A stretch of DNA of 46,405 nt from assembly GCA_002269645.1 (NCBI GenBank), contig NIVC01004426.1:1-46405 (forward strand). The letters are read 5' to 3'. A model generated the notes under the pieces. It was not told the origin of the DNA and searched no databases. It saw nothing but the letters and a program-made list of their open reading frames with translations. Positions within the stretch are counted from its first letter, which is position 1. Each line of letters opens with the position of its first letter. The DNA is from Macrostomum lignano. Its lineage: Eukaryota. Positions 12,397 through 23,251 of this stretch are shown in pieces. A program made the position numbers and the translations under genes.

Positions 12397-13313
12397 ATGG
12401 AAGATGACCATTTAGACAACTTTATTAAAGATTTGTTAGGACTAGATGAAACCATGGAAAATCTAGAGCCAGCCGCAGATCAAGCCGCCAAGCAAGCTGC
12501 CGAGCAAGCAGCTCCGGCAGAGCAACCACCAGCAGCTTTGGCAGAGCGACAGTCAGCAGCCTTGGCAGGACAGCAGTCAGTCGCCAGGTCAACTCAGCAG
12601 TCAGCAGCCGTGGCTCTTGATCTCAGTGAGGCTCCACTATGCAACCTGACTAGGCCACAAGCCGTGGCGGGAACCTCAAAGAGGCCGTTGTCAGATGAGC
12701 CACCAGGATAGGAGACAGTGCCGGTGAAACGGCCCAGGCAAAGGCCCCAGTGAAATTGATTGTCATCAAAATGTGCGCTGCCGAAGGATGGCACACAGTG
12801 CAACTGGCAGAACTGCCAGCAGGCCAACCACCGTGATGCCAAGCTTCACCGCAGCGACATCAGCCGTCAGCACCGAGTCAGCTACCTGCCCTGCAGCATC
12901 AGCCATCACTGCCACACTAGTCCACGCCACAGCCACAGCCGCCCCCGGCGCCGCAGCAGCCAACAAGGTCTCACCGAGATGTGGTGCAGCAGCTGATGGC
13001 CATGCATGGCACCCTGTTGGAAAGAGTGATGCACGGCATTCGCACGTACTTGATGCGTATTGCCTACCTAAGACTCGATCAAGTGCTGCCCCAGCGAGCA
13101 TACATCTGGCCGGGACTTCAACAGCTGCGCACCCACTATCAGAGTGGCAAATTGTTCGCTATTCTGCAGTACGTGGCTGACCAAGTCTGAGGCAACATCG
13201 ATGCCAGCTGAGAGCCTTTCCAGCGTCAACTGGTAAATATTGAGCTGAGGTGGCTCTTCACACAGATGGGCTGGCCAGAATTCTGAAACCTTCCCAGAAA
13301 CTGCAATTTCTAA
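12397..13313 (+). pseudogene. Decayed accessory ORF B downstream of Gypsy pol, paralogue of ORF A
   Basis: MEDDHLDNFIKDLL.. Ala/Gln/Thr-rich N-terminus with frameshifts, then IRTYLMRIAYLRLD..ELRWLFTQMGWP with in-frame TGA stops. Confidence 0.55.
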
Positions 13314-14365
13314 ATGGTAATATACGAAATTAACTGACATGTTTTTATTTTAGTGCCTATATTGTTGTGCTGCTTTCATAGTTTGTCTTTTTATAAATTC
13401 TGCATACTATTAACTATTTTGAATATTGCATTGCTACAATTATATTGCTTCCATTTCACCTTTTATATACTATTATTAGTAGTTATAGTTGCTGTATATT
13501 TTTGACTATTGCTTTGATACATTGCTTCTATAAAATCTTTTTTCACATGCCATTACCAGTAGTATTTGCTGTTCACTTTGCTACCTTTCTTCTATAACTC
13601 ACATTTTTTTAACTTTGTTGTCTGCATATTACTAGCATTTTTCTTCATATTTGTGCTACTCATTGCCTTGTTTATTACAAATTTATGTGTGAATACAACT
13701 TATTTTGCCTGACAATTATTGCCTTTACTTTACTTATGCATTTTGAGCAATTTACTCACGCCAAAAATTTCATCTTTCTGTTTGTAAAATTTTTGTTTTT
13801 TGTAACTTGCTGTCAGGGAAAGCAGCTGAAACAGTGCATTAATAATAGTATGATACTGTACGATAGTTCTAATAGTTACTCATTTTTCTTAGAAAACTCT
13901 AGTTCAAATCCGCGCTAAAAATGAATCTTTTGTTTAAATGTTGTAAGTTGCAAAAATATTTTTCACAATTATTATTTGTTTGAAATGATGAGAGGCTTTG
14001 GTATAAATAAAAGCCCCAAGTAGGCCAAGAAGACAACTTGCTTGTTTGTATGCTTTAGCAGCAAAGCTTTCAATAGCTAAAACTTAATAGGAAAATTGTT
14101 CAAGTGACTTATTCATTTCTATAGTAAAAACCCCTATATTGGGAGAGTTCAAGACCACTAAAAGTGAGAATTCGCCTCAAGGCAATAATTATAAATTCGC
14201 CTCAATGCAGAAGAATCGCCTCATAGCGAGAGAAAACCACCTCAGGGCAGGAAAAATATAAAGCTATGACCCTCTGATCTTGGGAATGCTAGGACTGAGA
14301 GAATAATATCTTTAGAAGGGTATAGGAATAGGATAAATAGTGCCTAAAGACCACTCAGGCCAGAA

Positions 14366-14452
14366 AGTACAATAGAAGTATAGACACTACCAATAAAAGT
14401 ACATACACTACCAATAGAAGTACAGACGCTACCAATAGAAGTATATGCGCTA
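14366..14452. repeat. Short tandem repeat, about 22-bp unit (TACAGACGCTACCAATAGAAG-like), about 4 copies
   Basis: Visible tandem units inside a possibly LTR-like stretch. Confidence 0.7.
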
Positions 14453-15104
14453 TTAGTAAAAGGCAAGTATTAACCAGCAATATTAACAAGAAGGAATAAG
14501 CCCTGTTATAACTTTGGTGGCATTGTAGAATTATTTATAAGGACAGAAGTAAACCCTAGGACATGTCAAATAATGAAAAATTTGATTTTGGAAGTGGGTC
14601 AAATTTGAATATTTACTTTAAAAAACAATATTTTTCAATGCTTTCAATACTGACAATAGGCATTCTACTTGAAATCTAAATCTTGGACTTCTTAGTCTAA
14701 ATGCCCATCATCATCATGGAGGCTTAGTAAGCCTATAGGCCTAGAATTTTAAACAATGAAAAATTTGATTTCAAAGTGGGTCAAATTCAAAAAGGCCTAC
14801 AAATGTCAAATATTTGAAAAACAATGTTTTTTTTAATAGGCCTACTTTTATTTTTTTTTTTTGAATTTGAATATCCCATATGTGGGTATAATGTACTAAT
14901 ATATAATAATAATATTATCAAAAAAATATTAATACTAGGCCCTAAAAGTTTTTTTTATAATAAACTAAAAAATCAATAAAACATAGGCCTAGCAATAACA
15001 TAATTTTTTGGCTTTAGGCCCAATTGTTAATTAAGGCTAGGGATCCATGGCCCAATTGCCTATACCATACCCTTAGCCTTAGGCTACAACTCTAAGGGTC
15101 AGAC

Positions 15105-16568
15105 ATGAGTGTAACATACACCGCACGTTATTACGCATGTTATTCCGCATGTTATTCCGCACGTTATTCCGCACGTTCCGCTAGTTATTCCGCATGGTCC
15201 GCATGTTGTTCCGCACGGTATTCCGCACGTTATTCCGCATTTTATTCCGCACGTTATTACGCATATTATTCCGCATGTTATTCCGCACGTTATTCCGCAC
15301 GTTATTCCGCACGTTATTCCGCACATTATTCCGAATATTATTCCGCACTATTCCGAATTTTATTCCGCATGTTATTCCGCACGTTATTCCGCATTTTATT
15401 CCGCACGTTATTCCGCACATTATTCCGAATATTATTCCGCACGCTATTCCGAATTTTTATTCCGCACAATAGTCCGCACATCTACTTTTTTAACATATTT
15501 CCCACCAAAGGGTTTTTTCATATTGCTTGTTCTGGTTCTAGAACCAGAACCAATTTGTGAAGTATAACTTTTAGTCTCCATAACTAGAGCTAGGGAGATA
15601 CGTGCTATAAAGTTTTTATTATTAAATGACAATCGCCAAGAAGAAAGTGAAAAATTGTGCTAAGTGAGGTTTGTTAAGGCAGTCAAATATTAACAGAGTT
15701 TAAGTTATACTGCTGTTTTTCTTGGAATTCCGAACCGATTCTGGTTCTGGAATTGGTAATATGAAAAGGCCCCTAGTCTAACTTACGCGTTCCATACATG
15801 ATTTCCACGTCAAAAACGTGAAGATATAGATAGTTTTTAATAAGTATGACGATCTGCATAAAATATAATTGTAAAAAAAGCTAAATTAGCTAAATGCAGT
15901 AATACGGTTTACTTACTACACATTAGTTTTTTATTTGGTGTTAGCACTTATAATATTTGTTAAAGCGTAAACTTCTTTCAGTATCAAAGAACACTTCATT
16001 TTGCGTCCTGTAGTGACCTTGTACATGTATGATGTGATTCTTTCAAATTAATTTAATATATGTTGATAAGTAGTCACTTTTATCTTCTTTTCTCAACCTC
16101 TCCGCGACCCCAGCTCTGTGCATGCAACTCTGTAACTCAACTTACAACTCTGCAACTACAGTACTCTGTTGCAGTCAATTATAATTTTACGAATGCCATG
16201 TACATGCACTCAACTCGCGTAATCCAGGAAAATATAACGACAAGCTCATGTACATTAGGCTTTTGCTTTACATTTAAAATGTATCAAATGGAAAAATTAC
16301 TTGTAAATCTTATACAGGACATCGTGGAAAAATGCCTAATAACATGCGAAAAATGTGCGGAATAAAGTGCTGAATAACGTGCGGAATAATGTGCGGAATA
16401 ACGTGCGGAATAACGTACGGAAAAACGTGCGGAATAACGTACGGAATAACATGAGGAATAATGTGCGGAATAACGTGCGGAATAACGTGCGGAATAACTT
16501 ACGGAATAACATGCGGAATTACGTGCGGAATAACGTACGGAATAACATGCGGCATAAGTTATTCACGT
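15105..16568. mobile_element. Non-autonomous foldback-type DNA transposon with TIRs made of 12-bp tandem arrays
   Basis: (TTATTCCGCACG)n at about 15117-15480 and its reverse complement (CGTGCGGAATAA)n at about 16350-16555. Outer about 24 bp are inverted (16/24 identical). Direct repeat GGGTCAGAC(A) flanks both ends (15096-15105, 16569-16578). Confidence 0.8.
15510..15773. mobile_element. Possible nested MITE inside the foldback element
   Basis: Ends GGGTTTTTTCATATT / AATATGAAAAGGCCCC are imperfectly inverted; perfect 22-bp palindrome GTTCTGGTTCTAGAACCAGAAC at 15529-15550. No clear TSD. Confidence 0.4.
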
Positions 16569-18309
16569 GGGTCAGACAAGATCTCAATCTAAATAGGCCT
16601 AGGCCTAATCTCAATTTTCAAGATCTTGGCACTTTTCTCAATCTCAATCTAATATCTAAGTTTTAAAATCTCGAAAAAATGCAAGATTTGTGACAACGTG
16701 ACTAGGCCTATACTCTACCGCCCGCCCCCACCACCACCCCACCTGGATCTGTTACACCACTGAGTCTGACTAAGCCCCTACTAAATTAAAACAGTAATTC
16801 CAGGACCCAGGCCTAACCGAATGTATTGTGCTTGTACGTCGTAGTTGTAGGCCTGACTTACTTACCATTACCAATACAAGACTGACCAGCATTGTAAACT
16901 GTGCATCGCATGACGCATCGCCTGTTATTGCCATTGGCAAAGCAGGTTGTCATGTTTAACAGTTAACTGGTCAATCAACTACCTAAGATAGTTAGCCAAA
17001 AATACAAAGCAGTATAACTCGTCCGTCCGTCTATTTGTCGGCGCTACCTGTATGGCTGTATTGGGTTACGCGTTTTTTATATAAACAACACGAAAACAGT
17101 CAAAAGTACTTTTCTGGCACTTTTACGGTTTACAACCATGTTTGAAACAAAATTTACATATTTTTAAATTGCAAAGATTAATAAAAGTAACTTTACTTAA
17201 AAATGTTAGTGAAAATTGCGTTTTTAAGTGTTGCATTAATTAAAAAATAAGCCAGACAAATCTTGTTTTAGCTTCACTAGCAATATTCGGAAAGTAAGGT
17301 CAAGCAATTTTTTAACGAATTGTCGAACTTCAATTTCGTTTACAAATTCAACTGCAATGCAGTAATTTCGTCTGATTTAAATCTTTTTGCCCTAAGCTTT
17401 ATTCTCAAACATTTCCAAACACTTGGTTTATTTTTGGATAGTTATAGATTTAATTTACAATCCATTCTTTAAAATGTATCATTGAGTGTTTTGTAAAATT
17501 CAAGCTACCTGCCTACATCAACTACAAATTACACCAGTGCTGTATCAGGCTTTGGATTTAGAGACTTACGGAGAAAAAATTGTACTGATTTACATACCAC
17601 AAAAAATAAGCACACATTGTATTAGTAAAAACTAAAGGCAAATAAAGGCAAGGCAAGGGCAGGCAATTATAAGGCAATAAGAAGAATATTTGCACCTCTA
17701 GCATTTGTGATTGTGAAACAAACCAATAAAGATATTTGGCCTTAAGTTGCGATAGGATTTATAAAATTATTTAATGCATATGGTACCATTTTACAGCCTA
17801 AAATGCTTTCATGCTAGATAAGACACTACCATATAAGCGTGGTCCAATGCAATATGCATAATTGCAGAACTTTCAGGATCAATTTTTTTTTTTCATTGGA
17901 AGTTAATTTTTTTTAAAAAAAAAGAAAATTTCACTACTACAGTTCGCGCATGCACAATAATACTTGAATTTCTTCTCACTAAGGACACTTTGCACGAGCC
18001 TATTGTTCATGCTTATTCACTAAATTATGAATGATATACCTCAAAATGGGTTTGAGTGACACTTTAAAATATTTTTATTAGTAAAAGCTTTGTTCAATAG
18101 TATAGCCGCATGGCACTTAATATTTCCTCTAAAAGCTTCAGTTTTCTTACGTTACTTTCTGCTTTAAGAGCATGCAATTAGCCTTTATTGCACATTTTAA
18201 CTTCCTGTTCTATCCAAAAACTTTCGCTATGTTAAGCATGCTGCATATAATAATCGTTTTTTGTTCATAACAGCGAACAACTGAGTAAGTGCCGAGAGCG
18301 AAGGTTCCC

Positions 18310-19158
18310 ATGTCGTCAAGATCCGGTCACCGGCACTCCCCAGCCTGCAGCCCAGAAGTGCTTCTGGCCCTCAAATCGCAGTCGCGCAGTCTCTCGCTCA
18401 ACCGGAAGCGTCTGCTCGAAGCTCCACCGGAAGCCAGCAGGCTGACCTTCCTGGCCCGCCTGGACCTGTCCTGCAACCAGCTCCGCGACCTGCCGCTGGT
18501 CCTGGAAAGCCTCGAGCTGCTGCAGCACCTCAACCTGTCAGCCAATCAGTTCTCCGACCTTCCCCTCGTGCTGGCGTCCTTCTCCCGGCTGCAGTACCTC
18601 AACTTGTTCAACAACCGACTCTGCCGCCTGGAACCGGCCGTGCTGGGCTGCCTGACGAGCCTGCGGACCCTCAATCTGAACTCGAACTCGCTCGCCTCGC
18701 TGCCCGCCGAGATTTGTCGCCTACAGCGGCTCACAACTTTGGCGGCGAATCGAAATCAGCTGACCAGCCTCCCCGTGGAGCTGTGCGCACTCGAGCACCT
18801 GCAAGTCCTGCACCTGGCCTACAATCAGCTCACCGCCTTGCCGCTGGAGTTCGGCTGCCTGGCATCGCTGCGAGTTTTGCAGCTGCAGCGAAACTGCCTG
18901 ACTGAACTGCCGGAATCTGCGGCCCGCCTGCACCACCTGGAGTATCTGGACGTCGCCTGCAACCAGCTGCAACTGCTGCCGGCCAGGTTTGGCGAGCTCA
19001 ACCTCAGAGAGTTTTATTACGAGAGAAACCCGCTAATCCGGCGGGACCCAGTGCACAGCACCCAAGAGCAGGAGGCGCTCGGCCTCAAGGAGCTCTGCGC
19101 TCGGGCTGTCATGCAGGAGCTGCGAAGTCGCGCCTCACCTTTGCGCGATCAACTCAAG
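18310..19158 (+). CDS. LRRC69: Leucine-rich repeat protein 69, coding exon 1
   Basis: ATG at 18310, about 9 LRRs (LxxLxLxxNxL), then LREFYYERNPL..STQEQEALGLKELCARAV, matching LRRC69 from memory (LREFYCEGNPL..STQQENVWSL). Donor AAG|GTTGGC at 19159, phase 0. Confidence 0.88.
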
Positions 19159-19189
19159 GTTGGCGTTTGGGTCAATTCTTCACTTGAGT

Positions 19190-20610
19190 TTTATCAACAT
19201 CTCTGCCGTAGCCTTCACCACACCTGTATTCTTCGTTAAGTCCCTACCGTAGCCTTAACCACACCTGTACCATCGATAAGTCCCTACCGTAGCCTTAACC
19301 ACACCTGTACCATCGTTAAGTCCCTACCGTAGCCTTAACCACACCTGTACCTTCGTTAACGTCTCTAGCGTAGCCTTAACCACACCTGTACTTTTGTTAA
19401 CGTCTCTAGCGTAGTTTTAACCACACCTGTACCTTCGCTAACTTCTCTACCGTAGCCTTAACCACACCTGTACCTTCGTTAACGTCTCTAGCGTAGCCTT
19501 AACCACACCTGTACTTTTGTTAACGTCTCTAGCGTAGCCTTAACCACACCTGTACCTTCGCTAACTTCTCTACCGTAGCCTTAACCACACCTGTACTTTT
19601 GTTAACGTCTCTAGCGTAGCCTTAACCACACCTGTACCTTCGCTAACTTCTCTACCGTAGCCTTAACCACACCTGTACCTTCGTTAACGTCTCTAGCGTA
19701 GCCTTAACCACAGCTGTACCTTTGTTAACGTCTCTAGCGTAGCCTTAACCACGCCTGTACCTTCGTTAACGTCTCTAGCGTAGCCTTAACCACACCTGTA
19801 CCTTCGTTAACGTCTCTAGCGTAGCCTTAACCACACCTGTACCTTCGTTAACGTCTCTAGCGTAGCCTTAACCACACCTGTACCTTCGTTAACGTCTCTA
19901 GCGTAGCCTTAACCACACCTGTACCTTCGTTAACGTCTCTAGCGTAGCCTTAACCACACCTGTACCTTCGTTAACGTCTCTAGCGTAGCCTTAACCACAC
20001 CTGTACCTTCGTTAACGTCTCTAGCGTAGCCTTAACCACACCTGTACCTTCGTTAACGTCTCTAGCGTAGCCTTAACCACACCTGTACCTTCGTTAACGT
20101 CTCTAGCGTAGCCTTAACCACACCTGTACCTTCGTTAACGTCTCTAGCGTAGCCTTAACCACACCTGTACCTTCGTTAACGTCTCTAGCGTAGCCTTAAC
20201 CACACCTGTACCTTCGTTAACGTCTCTAGCGTAGCCTTAACCACACCTGTACCTTCGTTAACGTCTCTAGCGTAGCCTTAACCACGCCTGTACCTTCGTT
20301 AACGTCTCTAGCGTAGCCTTAACCACACCTGTACCTTCGTTAACGTCTCTAGCGTAGCCTTAACCACACCTGTACCTTCGTTAACGTCTCTAGCGTAGCC
20401 TTAACCACACCTGTACCTTCGTTAACGTCTCTAGCGTAGCCTTAACCACACCTGTACCTTCGTTAACGTCTCTAGCGTAGCCTTAACCACACCTGTACCT
20501 TCGTTAACGTCTCTAGCGTAGCCTTAACCACGCCTGTACCTTCGTTAACGTCTCTAGCGTAGCCTTAACCACCCCTGTACTTTCTTAACGTCTCTACCGT
20601 AGCCTTGATA
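19190..20610. repeat. Minisatellite, 41-bp unit CCTTCGTTAACGTCTCTAGCGTAGCCTTAACCACACCTGTA, about 34 copies, in the LRRC69 intron
   Basis: Visible tandem array with near-identical central units. Confidence 0.97.
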
Positions 20611-20856
20611 ACGTTACACGCTACATGTTTGTCGTAGCCTTAATAACACGTACTCTGCACCCTTGGAGACATCACAACCGTTACCACAATCACACTTTTA
20701 AACTAAAATTCTTAATAATAAAATTTACCGCTTCCCGCGACGTAACTTTGTGACGTTTACGCGACGTTGCCGCGACGAAGTGTGTTACTAGGGAACAGGC
20801 TCATTAATCCACAAAACCATTTAAAACAAGCTCCCAAAATCCCGGCTCTCCCCCAG

Positions 20857-21150
20857 GCTTACCCGCAGCTCCGGGAGCAGCTGTCCCAGTGCAGTCGCTG
20901 CGCGGTGTGCGGCGGCGCCTTCCTCAACACTTGGCTGGAGTGCGTCCGCTTCGAGCCGTTCAGCCCGTCCGGTCGGATGAGCAAAGCCGGCGAAGATGTC
21001 GACGACGGAGAGCTCGGAGGCGGCGACGACGGTGAGCAGCGGCAGCAGCAGCAGCAGCAGCCAATTCGCTGGCTCCCCATCCGGGCTCTGGTTTGCAGCT
21101 ACAAGTGCTTCAATGCTCAGTCTGAGTTCTATGGACTCGCTTTTCTGTGA
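20857..21150 (+). CDS. LRRC69: LRRC69 coding exon 2 (Cys-rich C-terminus)
   Basis: Acceptor CCCCAG|GCT, phase 0. AYPQLREQLSQCSRCAVCGGAFLNTWLECVRF...LPIRALVCSYKCF matches the LRRC69 C-terminus (CAICGQYFITVWLECVRF..ICSYKCF). Stop at 21148-21150; spliced protein 380 aa. Confidence 0.88.
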   Translation, partial: AYPQLREQLSQCSRCAVCGGAFLNTWLECVRFEPFSPSGRMSKAGEDVDDGELGGGDDGEQRQQQQQQPIRWLPIRALVCSYKCFNAQSEFYGLAFL

Positions 21151-21220
21151 GAGAACTGCTTAAGCTGGGACTGTTAGGACTGGTCTGGGAGACTCTGCAG
21201 GCCTCGAAGTGATAGCAAGG

Positions 21221-22140
21221 AAGCACCAGGTGAAAACACCTGTCCACTAACAGGAGAAGTCTTCCGTGAAGCACCAGGTGAAAATACCTGTCCACTAACA
21301 GGGGAAGTCTTCCGTGAAGTACCAGGTGAAAACACCTGTCCACTAACAGGGGAAGTCTTCCGTGAAGCACCAGGTGAAAACACCTGTCCACTAACAGGGA
21401 AAGTCTTCCGTGAAGCACCAAGTGAAAACACCTGTCCACTAACAGGAGAAGTCTTCCGTGAAGCACCAGGTGAAAACACCTGTCCACTAACAGGGAAAGT
21501 CTTCCGTGAAGCACCAGGTGAAAACACCTGTCCACTAACAGGGAAAGTCTTCCGTGAAGCACCAGGTGAAAACACCTGTCCACTAACAGGGAAGTCTTCC
21601 GTGAAGCACCAGGTGAAAATACCTGTCCACTAACAGGGAAGTCTTCCGTGAAGCACCAGGTGAAAATACCTGTCCACTAACAGGGAAGTCTTCCGTGAAG
21701 CACCAGGTGAAAACACCTGTCCACTAACAAGGGAAGTCTTCCGTGAAGCACCAGGTGAAAATACCTGTCCACTAACAGGGAAGTCTTCCGTGAAGCACCA
21801 GGTGAAAACACCTGTCCACTAACAAGGGAAGTCTTCCGTGAAGCACCAGGTGAAAATACCTGTCCACTAACAGGGAAGTCTTCCGTGAAGCACCAGGTGA
21901 AAACACCTGTCCACTAACAGGGGAGTCTTTCGTGAAGCACCAGGTGAAAACACCTGTCCACTAACAGGGGAAGTCTTCCGTGAAGCACTAGGTGAAAACA
22001 CCTGTCCATCAACAGGGGAAGTCTTCCGTGAAGCACCAAGTGAAAACACCTGTCCACTAACAGGGGAAGTCTTCCGTGAAGCACCAGGTGAAAATACCTG
22101 TCCACTAACAGGGGAAGTCTTCCGTGAAGCACCAGGTGAC
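21221..22140. repeat. Minisatellite, 47-48-bp unit GAAGCACCAGGTGAAAACACCTGTCCACTAACAGGGGAAGTCTTCCGT, about 19 copies
   Basis: Visible tandem array without spacers. Confidence 0.97.
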
Positions 22141-22782
22141 GAACCCTATTTGTAAATTTAGCCACTGGAAGCGGAAAATGTCCAAACAGATTTTCAAAAC
22201 ACTTTTTGCGATTTTTATAGCACCATGATATTTAACGAGTTCAATCATTCTGTGATTTTGACTTGCAAAACGATAGAGAGAAACTTTTTAATGCCCTGGC
22301 ATATAGCTACTGACAGTAGAAAATATTATCTTTAGACTTTATTACTTAAATAAAGTTTATTGTTTTCATATCGGCATTCGAAAAGCAGTTTTACATGAAC
22401 AAAGTACTTTAATAAAACTGACGGAATACAACAAGCTTTAACTGATACCAAGACTCAATTTATATATTTTTTTAAAAATAACAACAGCTTTTAAAAATAA
22501 ATGCTTCTTTTTTTAAATTAACTATTCTCGCCTTCAGATGTGTTTTTTGCTTTTTTATTATAACAATGGGAAAATCTTTTTTCAAAAAAACAGTTTGTTT
22601 AATCTAGACCAGCTGGGACTCAATGTTTTGCAATGCTCAATCAAGAGATGTTTTTTAATGCTACTCAAAGTAGTCTGTTTAAACTTTGTGTATTTTTTTG
22701 AAATTCAATCATAAAAATTCAGGTCCTCAGGTGGAGTCCGGTGTCCGTTTTGAGTAGTCACGAAGGCCGGTGCAGTTTGAGT

Positions 22783-22875
22783 TCAAGGAATTCGAACTGC
22801 CAGTTGCTCGCCGCGCTGCTGCTGGTCAGAGGCGGCGTGAACCCTGCTCAGATTGGCCTTGATGAGGCTGAGAAT
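22783..22875 (-). CDS. GPCR exon 14 (short C-terminal tail)
   Basis: CCTCAG|[30 protein letters not shown]; true end uncertain. Confidence 0.6.
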   Translation of the reverse strand: MLSLIKANLSRVHAASDQQQRGEQLAVRIP

Positions 22876-22992
22876 CTGAGGTTTTAAGGAGATGGTTTAA
22901 GGAGAGGAAGGAGAAGGAAAGGAAATGACAAATGGCAGGCATAAACAGACATACAGACAGACATACAGACAGACGGACAGACAGACAGACAC

Positions 22993-23067
<75 letters not shown>

Positions 23068-23069
23068 GG

Positions 23070-23123
<54 letters not shown>

Positions 23124-23206
23124 GGCAGGCAGGCAGACAGACAGGCAGACAGACAGACAGGCAAAGAGACAGACAGACAGACAGACAGGCAGGCAGGCAG
23201 GCAGGC

Positions 23207-23251
<45 letters not shown>

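Noticed and set aside
13990-14525. LTR plus primer-binding site (..GTTATAAC TTTGGTGGCA)
   Set aside because: LTR-like composition, but no TG..CA pair, second copy or TSD is visible in the window.
21221-22140. CRISPR-like palindromic repeats
   Set aside because: No unique spacers, no cas genes, eukaryotic context; a simple tandem array.
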